From Glycera tridactyla (lineage: Eukaryota), in NCBI GenBank assembly GCA_965644265.1, contig OZ286476.1, forward strand, positions 57,722,001-57,786,000: DNA of 64,000 bases, read 5' to 3'. The stretch's first letter is position 1; each line of letters starts with the position of its first letter. The notes under the pieces are model-generated. The model searched no databases, was not told the origin of the DNA, and saw nothing but the letters and a program-made list of their open reading frames with translations. Below are positions 27,390-41,487 of the stretch, piece after piece. Both the position numbers and the translations under genes were made by a program.

Positions 27390-30300
27390 ATGTCTTCATT
27401 TGAACTCGTCTATAGTGTACATAGAATACATAGAATTACTACCAAATGGGATCGTTTCGAGTTTGACGTTCTTGTACGTTTGACTGGGAGCAAGTGACCC
27501 CCACCCCCCTCACAACAAGTAATAGTAATATACAGAATAATATATAGATAACATATATAGACAATAGTTTCATATAAACATGGTTTCTGTCAGTTATCAT
27601 CAACACTGGCCATTGTGTGTAAGAGATGGTACTCGATATCTAGTCTAAATGTGTGATGGTGTCAGACCAGTGTTTGATTGTGTGTTATTCCGACATGAGA
27701 TACAAAGCTCATTTTATCGGCGAAATTGTGATTTGTTGCGATCGTATGATATTTTTGGAAATCGGATGAGGGAGTAATAGTGGGCTAGTAAGAGATGACA
27801 GCAGCAGGTGTCTCATTATATAGGCTGGCGGGCAATTAAAGAATGATGTAAGGTAGCCACGGTAATTGCCTTTCCACATCGATAATCCACAAGCCTGCCA
27901 ACTCTTTCATCTCACCGGTTTCCATTACATGACTGTAATTTGGATTGATTATCAAAGCAGATGCACCTCTCTCCTCCGGCGACAACAGCGAACAGTGGTG
28001 GTAGATTACTGCCGAGATATTTTAATTGAGGCATTCTGTTTGTCGAATACCTTATACGGGTGAAGCGACACACATTGCCCTCTGCATAATGCAGATGGTG
28101 CATTATTATGCAGAGATTTGCACTATACTTCTCTCCGTCATGTATATTTCAAGACGCGCCTCTCCTTCGAGCTGCTTCATCTAAGTTGTGAAGTGATGTA
28201 CCTGGTCACGGCTATTTCTTCCTACATACTGGTGGCTTCTAGGTGCTGTTAGAGGTCATCTGTATGACCTTGAGTATTCAACGCCTCCATGTTTGCCTGC
28301 TGTCGTGGAGTGTCTTTATGATGCCTCGTGTCTCGGCTTCAATCAGCTTCTGGGCGTATGATGAGGTGGACAGCTCGCACACACTAGCTGCCCCCCTTCT
28401 CCTATATCATCCATCATCTAAACACCCTCTGACACTTTACCGATAAACACCAAACTTTGATAATTCACCGGGCAACCATCTTAGCCATAAAATCCGCACA
28501 TAAATTTTCCGTTTCGTTGTTGACGGTACTGGCTGTTATTTGCATAATTGCTGAAGGGGCGTACTATATAGCGTGATAAACAAGACTCTTTTGCACAGCG
28601 TAGCTTGGCGTCGTGGACCTTGGTGTGTTGATCAATCCGTGTGCTTGTCAGTGTGCGTGTGTCAATGAATTGGTGTTGGTGTATGGGTAAATTGGTACAT
28701 TATGATGTGTATGGGTGTGATGGGTGTATCCATGACTGGTGGCGTGTGACTTTCTCCACCCAAATTAACAGTAGTCATGGGAAAATGACAGTGTATTGGC
28801 ACTGATTGGAGGAGGGTTCAGACTTCATTATATAAATGTGAAGTTTTCAGTGACGTATCTGGTGTTGAGTATTGCTGCTGATACTAAGAGTATTTGATAT
28901 TATATGTTCAAGAGAGGAAGGTTCGGACCTCAGTAACAAGTCTATGACAACAGCACCAAAGAGATCAGGACCTCTCGGACCCTGACTGCGTTGATAGGGT
29001 AAAACTGAATTCGTTCATTCAACATAGCCGAATATTCAGCCTACTGGAGCCACAGAGGATTTGATGCTAGACCACACCCGCGGACACCAGCATGATAGTG
29101 GACCCTCGCCTACAACGCTGGGTGTGGTGGAGACGGGTTAGGTGTAAGATTGGCAGCAAGTCTGAAGATCAGGTGATAGTTACCACATCTGCTCTAGCTG
29201 CCCACCTGGATGAATGTAAGCTGATGTGTCCAGTGATCGACGTCATCGGGTCATCTGATACGAGCGATCGGAATATAGGCTCTGCCAAATTGCGTGATCA
29301 AAGCAACTATCAGCAGTATCAATATATCCAGTATTGCCACAATCATTCGTAATCATATGAATAGGAATACTAATTATTGAGCCCCTGATTGCTCGGGTAC
29401 AGTCAAACGTGTCCTAAGCAAGAACTCTCCCCTCCCCTGGCATCATGCTTAGCACAAGTTTGAGTGTATCTCCATCAAGACCAAAAATGAATCTCATAAA
29501 AATAGAAGTAGATACCCAATCATTTCATCGTGAACAGATTGATCTGGCAAGTAGGCCTATCGTTGATCCTCTCGATATTTGTTGTCCGCGTCACACAGGA
29601 TTTCGTAAGAGGGTGTAATCAGAACTTTGTGTTCAGAATCACTGCACGAACCTCCCATCCGCATTACAGCTGTGTATGTGAGGGAATCTCTGGTAGTGAT
29701 TGATGTAATATGTTGCTGTTTAAACACTTGCCACTAGCGGGGGGGGGGGGGGGGGGTGTCTGAGATGGTCAGGTACATGGGAAACAAGCCGGACATTCGG
29801 GACACTCATCACACAAGATGACCTCATAGATTATACCCAGAATACCCTGCGTCATGATCGCTCACATGTCCTCATGATATGACTGCCCTTATAAAGATTT
29901 GGTCAGTGTGATCCCTTGAGTGACATCCCAGATAGGCTTGAGAATGTAAGCGGTATCTGGTAGCATCCACCTATCACATTCTACTCCATGTATGGGCAGA
30001 CGCTGGATGGTCAGCATCTATATAAATCCGTTTGTTCCTTGATACACCAACCTCATCCGGGTCTAGAGAGTTACTCTCAATCCAGTATCTGAGCAATCAT
30101 ATGCACCACAGACAGGGGTGACGCGGAGTGATTCTAAGAGTAATCATATGATACCTCATTTCCGTACATCGCGGCAAACCAAACCTGCGCCTTTTCAAAG
30201 AAATCTCAAAAGACAAGCAATATCGTTGCGTCAGGGAAATGTATGAGGTGTATATTTTGCTGTGTACTCGAATATTGCTGAATACTCATGCCGCTCGCTA

Positions 30301-30470
30301 ACACACCATGACATTCAGATAACCCAGTCATCGTCCAATCCCCGAACTACATCAACAATTTCAGTATTCAATTCTTCTCCGGATGACCACGAACTTGTCA
30401 TGGATACCTATTATCATCATTTGGGCTCAACTCTAATATAAATATATATGACTACCGAATTCAACCCAGT

Positions 30471-32317
30471 GACCCGGTAACCAACATACAGGGTGGAGGT
30501 GGTGACCCAGTGACCAACATATAGGGTGGAGGTGGTGACCCAGTAACCAACATATAGGGTGGAGGTAGTGACCCAGTAACCAACATATAGGGTGGAGGTG
30601 GTGACCTAGTATCCAACATATAGGGTGGAGGTGGTGACCCAGTAACCAACATATAGGGTGGAGGTGGTGACCCAGTAACCAACATATAGGGTGGAGGTAG
30701 TGACCAAGTAACCAACATATAGGGTGGAGGTGGTGACCCAGTAACCAACATATAGGGTAGATGTGGTGACCAAGTAACCAACATATAGGGTGGAGGTGGT
30801 GACCCAGTATCCAACATATAGGGTGGAGTTTGTGACCCAGTATCCAACATATAGGGTGGAGGTGGTGACCCAGTATCCAACATACAGAGTGGAGGTGGTG
30901 ACCCAGTATCAAACATACAGAGTGGAGGTGGTGACCCAGTAACCAACATATAGGGTGGAGTTAGTGACCCAGTAACCAACATATAGGGTGGAGGTGGTGA
31001 CCCAGTATCCAACATATGAGGTGGAGGTGGTGACCCAGTAACCAACATATAGGGTGGAGGTGGTGACCCAGTAACCAACATACAGGGTGGAGGTAGTGAC
31101 CCAGTAACCAACATATAGGGTGGAGGTAGTGACCCAGTAACCAACATATGGGGTGGATGTGGTGACCCAGTAACAAACATACAGAGTGGAGGTAGTGACC
31201 CAGTATCCAACATATGGGGTGGAGGTGGTGACCCAGTAACCAACATATAGAGTGGAGGTGGTGACCCAGTAACCAACATACAGAGTGTAGGTAGTGACCC
31301 AGTAACCAACATATAGGGTGGAGTATGTGACCCAGTATCCAACATATAGAGTGGAGGTGGTGACCCAGTAACCAACATATAGGATGGAGTTTGTGACCCA
31401 GTATCCAACATATAGGGTGGAGGTGGTGACCCAGTATCCAACATACAGAGTGGAGGTGTCGACCCAGTATCCAACATATAAGGTGGAGGTGGTGACCCAG
31501 TAACCAACATATAGGGTGGAGTTAGTGACCCAGTAACCAACATATAGGGTGGATGTGGTGACCCAGTAACCAACATACAGAGTGGAGGTAGTGACCCAGT
31601 ATCCAACATATAGGGTGGAGGTTGACCCAGTATCCAACATATAGAGTGGAGGTGGTGACCCAGTAACCAACATACAGAGTGGAGGTAGTGACCCAGTAAC
31701 CAACATATAGGGTGGAGTATGTGACCCAGTATCCAACATATAGGGTGGAGGTGGTGACCCAGTAACCAACATATAGGATGGAGTTTGTGACCCAGTATCC
31801 AACATATAGGGTGGAGGTGGTGACCCAGTATCCAACATACAGAGTGGAGGTGGTGACCCAGTATCCAACATATAAGGTGGAGGTGGTGACCCAGTAACCA
31901 ACATATAGGGTGGAGGTGGTGACCCAGTATCCAACATATAAGGTGGAGGTGGTGACCCAGTAACCAACATATAGGGTGGAGGTAGTGACCCAGTAACCAA
32001 CATATAGGGTGGATGTGGTGACCCAGTAACCAACATACAGAGTGGAGGTAGTGACCCAGTAACCAACATGTAGGGTGGAGGTGGTGACCTAGTATCCAAC
32101 ATATAGGGTGGAGGTGGTGACCCAGTAACCAACATACAGAGTGGAGGTAGTGACCCAGTATCCAACATATAGAGTGGAGAGGGTGACCCAGTATCCAACA
32201 TATTGGGTGGAGGTAGTGACCCAGTAAACAACATATAGGGTGGAGGTGATGACCCAGTATCCAACATATAGGGTGGAGGTGGTGACCCAGTATCCAACAT
32301 ATAGGGTGGAGGCGGTG
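30471..32317. repeat. 33-bp minisatellite (~56 units)
   Basis: Unit GACCCAGTAACCAACATATAGGGTGGAGGTGGT with point variants and one small indel near 31620. Confidence 0.97.
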
Positions 32318-32850
32318 GATGGATAACCAAGCCCATCTAGGGCGCTAAATTACCTTGTGCAGCAGTGCACCAATAAACATGACAACCTTGTGCCCTTCAT
32401 GTATACGCGATATTTAATGGCAGTACACCAAAATAGTTCAGATGAGGAGACGTCGATGAGTCGGAAATAATAATGAAATCAACTAACATGGACTGAGACG
32501 TACGTTGTAGACATTCTGAGTGTCATTCTCCCCTTCATACAAGTCGGTGAATCAACACATTTTTCTCTTATCTGCCTTATCGGAGAGATTCGCTCGCAGG
32601 CAGTAGGTTGTCACCATGATTATGATGCTTATTGGCGATGATTTGTGATAATGTTGCTATGGTCCTAGTAAGCCAGTGTGCTAGAGGTGGGAGGCAGGCT
32701 GGTCTGGTCCTACGTCATATATAATCTAATAATAACTGGAGTGTGTGACGTGGCCCACATGGCGACCGCTGATCTGGCCACTCACAGATATAATGCCATT
32801 TCCTGATATTGTGACTGCTTCCACCAGATAACGCTGACTTATTGTCATGT

Positions 32851-32987
32851 AGCGCACAATCTCAAGTAGATACCCACTCTTAACTCTTATATATACCTCA
32901 TCAACAGAGTTATTGAATCGAGCGCACAATCTCAAGTAGATACTCACTCTTAACTCTTATATATCTCACCAATAGAAATATTGAATT
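32851..32987. repeat. 70-bp tandem duplication
   Basis: AGCGCACAATCTCAAGTAGATAC at 32851 and 32921. Confidence 0.85.
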
Positions 32988-33224
32988 AAAATGTGCATAT
33001 AGCGCGGTGTGGTGCTGTCTGATAATCTTGTACTCTTAATCGAACCTCAGAATGGCATCTATTTACAGATCGGTGCAATATTGAGACATTCACAACCACC
33101 TCAGTCAGCAAGATAAACGACAGTCATGTACTCCATCATACCCAGGTGAAGTATTGCAGTGCGATACAAGGGTACTTTTTGATTGCCTCAAATAGTGGAT
33201 GTTACAATGCAGTGTGCTGCAGTG

Positions 33225-33242
33225 CATGTGTGTATGTGCGTG

Positions 33243-33298
<56 letters not shown>
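33225..33298. repeat. (TG)n microsatellite
   Basis: Directly visible. Confidence 0.93.
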
Positions 33299-33299
<1 letters not shown>

Positions 33300-34707
33300 T
33301 TGTGATCAAAATGGACATTGTTTCCGGTAATAGGTTGTTTTTCTATGTGTTAGTATACTCGTGTTACTTTCTGCTGGAAGAAACCAACCTACCGCTTTAC
33401 ACCAGTGACACTCCTTCAAGTATTACCGAATCCACCCAGGTCTAGTTGGAAATGAAAAGCTCTGTTGAACAGGTGATCGCGATATTTACATAAGGAGGAG
33501 GTTTCTCTGTCTCTGCCCGTCTCCCTCTATCTGTCTGTCTTTATGTTTATCTGCCTGTCTCTGTCTCTGCTCCCTTCTCTGTCTAGGTCTTTGTCCTTCT
33601 CTCCCCGTCTCTGTCTGTCTCTATGTCTGTCTCTGTGTCTCTNNNNNNNNNNNNNNNNNNNNNNNNNNNNNNNNNNNNNNNNNNNNNNNNNNNNNNNNNN
33701 NNNNNNNNNNNNNNNNNNNNNNNNNNNNNNNNNNNNNNNNNNNNNNNNNNNNNNNNNNNNNNNNNNNNNNNNNNNNNNNNNNNNNNNNNNACCAATTGCA
33801 TTGAGTTGGATTCCAATGTGAAGGGTTCGTGTTTCACTCTCTAGTCGACAATGTATACATGGGAGTGGAGTGGGGCTCTCTAATAAGTTGTATGGTTATA
33901 TTCACCAACAAGCAATGACATCACAGTCAAGTCCACCTGTAACTTTATTCCAAATGATGTCGATTCCGTGCAGGGTTTTTCTTCAGGATGAGTTGCGGCT
34001 GTGACCCTATGGCTCAAACACAAACAACAGCCACGGATAATATCACCACTTCCTTCGAATGAATTTATCTATTGGAACTCCCGATTGGGTGGAAATAAAT
34101 GCTTCATAAAGACTTAATAAATCTGTATTCGTCTCTGACGATACACGCGTCTCATTCCCATCCCGCCAAGGGAGATAAGAAAACAAAGGTAATAGGAATG
34201 ACGAATGACCTTGGAAATACAGGGCGACTGAATGGTGGTGTGTGGTAGTTGATGGATCAATAAACAAACGAGACTAATCAAGCAAGTGATCTCTCACTGG
34301 GAAATGGTAGTTCAGATTCTAGTCCCAATGCAATGAGTTCTGCGTCAGTTCATAGATGCTAGGAAAGGCTTATTTAACAACAGTAATCGATTAGGCTGCC
34401 ATTACCTGAGTTTATGTGCTTGCGCAGAACGCTTTGCTTTGACTGTTGTTCAAGCTGAGAGGATGTCTGATCGATTTCCCTCGTAACGACCCCGTTTGAC
34501 CGTTCTATTGTTGCAGTCTGCAGCCACAAGCCATCTCGGTTGAGGTCACTCTCACTTTTATCTCATCATCAGAGACATTCTTTATTGCAGGGAGCGGTCT
34601 GACCTCCGAGAATGGTTGGAAAATGAGAATTGGGGAATTTCGCACCTCTACAATGAAACGTGCTCTGAGGCTCTCTCTACAGTCAAACCTGCAATGAACG
34701 AAGCTTC

Positions 34708-35291
34708 CTGTCATGCCTGCTCTGAAAGAAGCCTCCAGTCATGCCTGCTCTGAAAGAAGCCTCCAAGTCATGCCTGCTCTGAAAGAAGCCTCCAGTCATG
34801 CCTGCTCTGAAGAAAGCCTCCAAGTCATGCCTGCTCTGAAAGAAGCCTCCAGTCATGCCTGCTCTGAAGGAAGCCTCCAAGTCATGCCTGCTCTGAAAGA
34901 AGCCTCCAGTCATGCCTGCTCTGAAAGAAGCCTCCAGTCATGCCTGCTCTGAAAGAAGCCTCCAGTCATGCCTGCTCTGAGAGAAGCCTCCAGTCATGCC
35001 TGTTCTGAAAGAAGCCTCCAAGTCATGCCTGCTCTGAAAGAAGCCTCCAGTCATGCCTGCTCTGAAAGAAGCCTCCAGTCATGCCTGCTCTGAAAGAAGC
35101 CTCCAGTCATGCCTGCTCTGAAAGAAGCCTCCAGTCATGCCTGCTCTGAAGGAAGCCTCGAGTCATGCCTGCTCTGAAGGAAGGCTCCAGTCATGCCTGC
35201 TCTGAAGGAAGCCTCCAGTCATGCCTGCTCTGAAGGAAGCCTCCAGTCATGCCAGCTCTGAAAGAAGCCTCCAGCCATGCCTGCTCTGAAG
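34708..35291. repeat. 28/29-bp minisatellite (~20 units)
   Basis: Unit GTCATGCCTGCTCTGAAAGAAGCCTCCA(A); the first six units alternate 28 and 29 bp. Confidence 0.96.
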
Positions 35292-37036
35292 GCCACCTCT
35301 ACAGTCAAACCAGGACTGGACGCTCTCTCTACAGTCAGCCCTCCTTTAGAGACCACCTCGAGTCAAACTTCTTGAGGCCCCCTCTGTACACCTGCTTCGA
35401 GAAGAGGAAATCCCAGAATGTTTCTGTCAAGTGATGCGGTTGTGTTTTGCGTGACCTGTGACAGAGTTCCCGGCAGGTGAGGTGCTTGTGTGACCTAGGA
35501 GTGAGTTTCTGGCAGGTAAGGTGGTTGTTTGATGTGTAACCCCTGCGTCATCCAGCTATTAGATGGGTGTGAGTGGTAGGAGACTGGCTTACCGACAACA
35601 AACATAATGCTGCCATCCCAATTTACATTCTCTCGTCTTCTTCACCATCAGCGAGTCACCGTCTTTGCCCTCTGCTCACCAACATGCTCACAAGATCAGT
35701 AGTAAGAGGCAGCCAGCGTGGTCAGTAAATGGAGGAATATTACTTCATAAAACTTGAGTTACGACATCCTGAGCCATAGAAACCTGCCCCCTGTTCACCT
35801 TCTCAACCATCCCTGGCTCCCGGCCAGATCAGACCATGCTCCCCTCCTTCTTCATACTAAACTGTTTATGGCGTTATGCTGGATTCTCATCAACTATGGC
35901 ACTTTTATTGCCGGTGATATTGATTTCATGATTCCAGCACATGCGTTTTTAGGAACTTTCGAAGCTTTATCCCCCGTCAGATCATAATCCTACATTACCA
36001 CAATCTTTATGATCAAGCACCGATTCAATAAAGACAGAATATAACACCGATTTCTACGGAGTTGACGGAGTAGACTGTAACATTCCCCATTTCAAGTGCT
36101 GCCCTTCGCAGAAAAAACTTTCCTATCAGGCTTGGGGCCAGTCACATAGTTAGATTTGCCATGGTCAGGTTTATTATGCTTTTTTGTAGAGTAGGTAGAG
36201 AACTGTCAGCTACTTCCACTTGAAAACCTTCAGGTTCCCATCATCTTGTGTTCAGGGTTTGTGAGAGTGATGTCTACAGGGGAGAGAGCATCTAGCTTTC
36301 ATTAACCAGGGACACATGGCACACATAACCCTAGTGTTGATACATGCCGGTAAACCCGGAACAACTGAACAAAGTGTAACATTCCCTACATCATACATCA
36401 CCATGTATGATGTATGATCACCCCATCCCTCATTCCAACGATGGAGAGAGGGTAGACATTCTGCATCATACAGTGGTGCCCTGCAGTTCATCTATCACCA
36501 GCAGCATTTAGTTGTCGTAGTCTGTGATTGATTAGCTTGGTAAGATGATGAGACCTTTATGAATCCCCGTGGATGTATAAAACTCCCAGTTATATAGGAA
36601 TACGCCTGACGCTGACAACAGATGGCGCTTTATGACGTCCCCGAGCAGACCATCAAGTGGCTGGGCCCCAGAGTGGGATTTCTCACAACCTTTTAGCGGG
36701 TACTGGTAGGAACAAGATCCTCGCAAAATTTCAGTAAATCTCATGACATCCCTAATCTCAACAACACCACTATCGAAGGACGCAATACAAATATTGGTCT
36801 GGGACATGCGACATATTCGGAAAAAGGCATTTTGAGTACTGTTTGAAACAACCCAAGAGAAATTGCATTTGATCATGTTATCATTTCCCTGTGTATACTG
36901 TGTGTCAGATCCAACAATCTTGTGTTCAGGGTTTGTGAGAGTGATACCTGCAGGTAAAAGAATATGTAACTTTCGTTGTCTAGGAACACATGACATACAG
37001 GATGCTCTGGGTTGAGACATGTAGGTAAAGCCCAAC

Positions 37037-38220
37037 CAAATGGCAGCCTTGATATATGTATATGTGATGATGACTCTGTGTAACATAGGTCATGTAGCAC
37101 GAGGGGTATATAAGAGCCTACATGCAAACACATGGCAGCCTTAATATATGTATATGTGATGATGACTCTGTGTAACATAGGTCATGTAGTACGAGGGGTA
37201 TATAGCCTGCATGCAAACACATGGCAGCCTTGATATATATGTATATGTGATGATGACTCTGTGTAACATAGGTCATGTAGTACGAGGGGTATATAATAGC
37301 CTGCATGAAAACAAATGGCAGCCTTGATATATGTATATGTGATGATGATTCTGTGTAACATAGGTCATGTAGTACGAGGGGTATATAGCCTGCATGCAAA
37401 CACATGGCAGCCTTGATATATGTATATGTGATGATGATTCTGTGTAACAAAGGTCATGTAGTACGAGGGGTATATAGCCTGCATGAAAACAAATGGCAGC
37501 CTTGATATATGTATATGTGATGATGATTCTGTGTAACAAAGGTCATGTAGTACGAGGGGTATATAATAGCCTGCATGAAAACAAATGGCAGCCTTGATAT
37601 ATGTATATGTGATGATGATGATTCTGTGTAACATAGGTCATGTAGTACGAGGGGTATATAGCCTGCATGCAAACACATGGCAGCCTTGATATATGTATAT
37701 GTGATGATGATTCTGTGTAACAAAGGTCATGTAGTACGAGGGGTATATAGCCTGCATGAAAACAAATGGCAGCCTTGATATATGTATATGTGATGATGAC
37801 TCTGTGTAACATAGGTCATGTAGTACGAGGGGTATATGATAGCCTGCATGCAAACACATGGCAGCCTTGATATATGTATATGTGATGATGATTCTGTGTA
37901 ACATAGGTCATGTAGTACGAGGGGTATATAGCCTGCATGCAAACAAATGGCAGCCTTGATATATGTCTATGTGATGATGACTCTGTGTAACATAGGTCAT
38001 GCAGTACGAGGGGTATATAGCCTGCATGCAAACACATGGCAGCCTCGATATATGTATATATGATGATGACTCTGTGTGACATAGGTCATGTAGTACGAGG
38101 GGTATATGATAGCCTGCATGCAAACACATGACAGCTTCGATATATGGATATGTGATGATGACTCTCTGTAACATAGGTCATGTAGTACGAGGGTTATATA
38201 ATAGCCTGCATGCAAACACA
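37037..38220. repeat. ~89-92 bp tandem array (~13 units)
   Basis: Unit ATGGCAGCCTTGATATATGTATATGTGATGATGA(T/C)TCTGTGTAACATAGGTCATGTAGTACGAGGGGTATATAGCCTGCATGCAAACAC. A single copy lies at ~50455-50550. Confidence 0.95.
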
Positions 38221-38332
38221 TGCCAATGATGATATCATGGTGAGTCCGTCATATTCTCTACACGACAACTGCCTAATGAAATGCTGTCTTTATTTATTAG
38301 AGCCATCGGCTGGTTGGCCGGAGGGGAGGGGG

Positions 38333-38512
38333 AAATGAAAATGTTGAGGTTTTAGGTCCACTTTCTGCACTTGAGTAGGCTAAATCGGACCACCTGCCAA
38401 GGAGGAGCGAAGATGAAGGGTGAAACATTCCTGCATGGTAGGCCCTGGGATTGAACCCTGGACCCATTGCATGCCAGCCCAGTACGCTATCACTGAGCCA
38501 CCGAGGCAGGCA
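38333..38512 (-). mobile_element. tRNA-derived SINE with perfect 15-bp TSD
   Basis: On the minus strand it has an A-box TGGCTCAGTGA, a B-box GGTTCAATCC and a body shared with the copies at 4851 and 48861. It is flanked by CCGGAGGGGAGGGGG at 38318-38332 and 38513-38527. Confidence 0.9.
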
Positions 38513-39355
38513 CCGGAGGGGAGGGGGCTTCAAGCACTATAGCAAGATAGTGAGTGGTGAATGAGATTATTTCTCATTAAGTTGTCGAATAGTGTTTGTT
38601 ATTAAAATATTTTTGGGGACATCATTATTGCTGAAAACTTCTTTTAGTTGGCTGCAGTTTTACACTATGGAATGGCTTCAGAATGCGATCATTGTGTGAA
38701 TTGATGGAGATTTACTGAAATTTTGCGAGGTTCTTGTTCCTACGGGTACCCGCTAAAAGGTGGTGAGCTATCCCACTCTGGGGCCCAGCCACTCGATGGT
38801 CTGCTTGAGGACGTCATAAAACGCCATCTGTTGTCAGCAACGGGCATATTTCTATATTTTCAAATAACTACCAACTGAAAATGCATCGCACCTCACTGGA
38901 AGGTCCAGTTGCGCACCTGCTATACTTCAACTACAGCCAGTGCAGAATCAGCTCTCTAGTCTATCGATCTACTGAAAAGTCATCACCATGTCTCATGGTT
39001 TTCAAGCATTATACCTCAAGACAAAACGAAATCCATCAGTATGAAGGGCTTTTCCTGTCTCTCCAATCAAACAATGTCTCATGAGATGCGATGGGTTTGA
39101 AATTTGAGGGGGTTGTTCGTGGGTACAACTTTCTTGGAGGGTACAGTCTTCACCAAGTACTGGTCCCAGGATGACAGTCCCCTTCAAGTACTGACCCCTC
39201 GTGCATCTAATTGCTGATCACTCAAGATCCAAAGTCCTCACTGCTCAGAAGACTTCATTGACCTCTCATTCCGAGGATCCACTAAGTACTAACCCCTATG
39301 ACTGTGTAATGACCCCTACTAAGTATTGACCCGGGAGTAGTGGCCTCTAAATTCA

Positions 39356-40328
39356 CAGCCGTAAATTCTCCCTGTGAAGGACAATACACGAGGAGATAGA
39401 TAGAGCCCGTGTGAGAGAGGTTGGCTCTGTGGTGGTCCTGAAGGTGTCTCAGCCAGTCTTCATGTCAGTATCAAATGCAAAACTCATGTTCTACCAGGGG
39501 CATGATAAGCTTAAATGATCTTTGTTCAGGGTTCATGTGAGTGATGTCCGCAGGGGAGAGAACATCCGGCTTTCATTGACCAGGAACAAATGGCATACAT
39601 AATCATGTGGGTTGGGTTGATACATGCCAATTAACCTCAAATAAACAAACACATCACAAATGGTCTTGTCAAGCCGACATGGTTTGAATTCTCCCTGATT
39701 GGGTGAAGGGGCTCGGCGCTGTGCACCCTCTTCTTGGTAGGTGCATTTATCACAACTTCTGATAGGGTGGGTGGGGCACCAACTGGTTGATCAGCCCCTG
39801 ATACCAGCCCTCATCCAGTCACCACATGAGAACCTGGATTCCTGGCTGATCAGATCATCCACCTGGGATAGGAGTGGGTTGTCAGATCGAGGTTCTTTCT
39901 TTCCACCAACTATTCTCACAAGGCAGACTCCATCAATTTCAGCATCCTCTATCTGATCAGCTAATGAGCCATTTCTGCCATCTATCTATCTGATGAACAG
40001 ACTGATGTCTGTCAGGATAGGAGCAGTACACAAGTGTGCTTCAGACTGACACATCAATATAATCAACAATATATTCGTCAGAGGAGTACTAAGATATCAA
40101 GTCTTTAGATTTCTCAATATACTGATTATAAACGTTCATACGACTGTGCTCATATTGTTTCCGAGTTGATGCAGCTGTAAATTCTCCCTGTGAAGGACAA
40201 TACACGAGGAGATAGATAGAGCCCGTGTGAGAGAGGTTGGCTCTGTGGTGGTCCTGAAGGTGTCTCAGCCAGTCTTCATGTCAGTATCAAATGCAAAACT
40301 CATGTTCTACCAGGGGCATGATAAGCTT
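39356..40328 (+). repeat. Near-perfect 157-bp direct repeat pair (39356-39512 and 40172-40328)
   Basis: The copies read identically apart from CAGCCG/CAGCTG at the start. A more diverged third copy lies at ~55800-55955. Confidence 0.92.
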
Positions 40329-41487
40329 CAATGAGCCGCGCTGATAGTGGCTTCCTGGGTAGACCTAAATGATCCAAACAGCAATGAATGTCAGAGATAA
40401 ATGTGATTTACAGGCACTGGGTGGGGAGTGATGGTACTGATCCATGGCTGTCACGGCAGCGATTGAAACATCATCAACAGTAAATAGCTGACACTGTGTC
40501 TTAGATGCAAGGAAGGTATCAACAGTTCAGCCCCTTTTGTGGAGCCTGAGGTGGCCATGTTTAATAGAGTATGATATTGAGTAGATTAAGGTGTGTTTGA
40601 ACTGTCAGCTACTTTCACTTAACAATCCTTCAAACTCCCCATTATCTTGTGTTCAGGGTTTGTGTGAGTGATGTCTGCATGGGACAGAATATTGACCAGG
40701 AACACATGACAAATATAATTCTCTGGGTTTATACATGCCGTCAAGCCACAAACAAACAAACAAACCGCTCATTTGATAGGACTTTCCACCATCTCTCGAA
40801 GTGCACTGATTCTCTCGTTATATTTTGCTACTCCAGCAACAAATGCGACTACCACCATCGTATCTTCAGCATATAGATATGTAGAGGGTCGATCTGTGGA
40901 TGACATCGATCAACAAAGTTGGTCTCTGCAGGGATAACAGCCAATCTACATTAGTGACAAATGCTCTTAGCCTTCCATTCAACCACTGCTTGACTCCACA
41001 TATAATGCTGCCATGGCCTGCCATACATTCTGATAGGTCGTCAACTGCCAATCAATACATGACACCTTGAAGAATAGGATAAAGTAGGCATGTCTTGGAT
41101 GCCTGCCATACTCCACACCATATCTTTCATCCATCGCACAGTCAACACTTCCTGTGGGGAATGTATTGGAACCATTCGCTCACCAGACAGCTATGACAGC
41201 CCGCTCCATCTATATTCCAATCATTTCTGGCCAATCGTTCAAAAGTCATCAATATTGATAGCAGTGTGTCTGGGTGGGCAGACAGAAAAATACACTTCCT
41301 TTGGTTGAAGTGAAGACAGTAAGCTGAAGGCGTCTGCAAAGAGAAACAGGCAGACAGGCAGACACACTCTCTCTCACTCACTCATACAAGCACGCGCAGT
41401 CAGAAGAGTGGACATCCCTATCTAGACTGTCAGACAGATGAAGAGACAGACAGACAGAAACCATAATAAGACATCGGTATACTGGAG

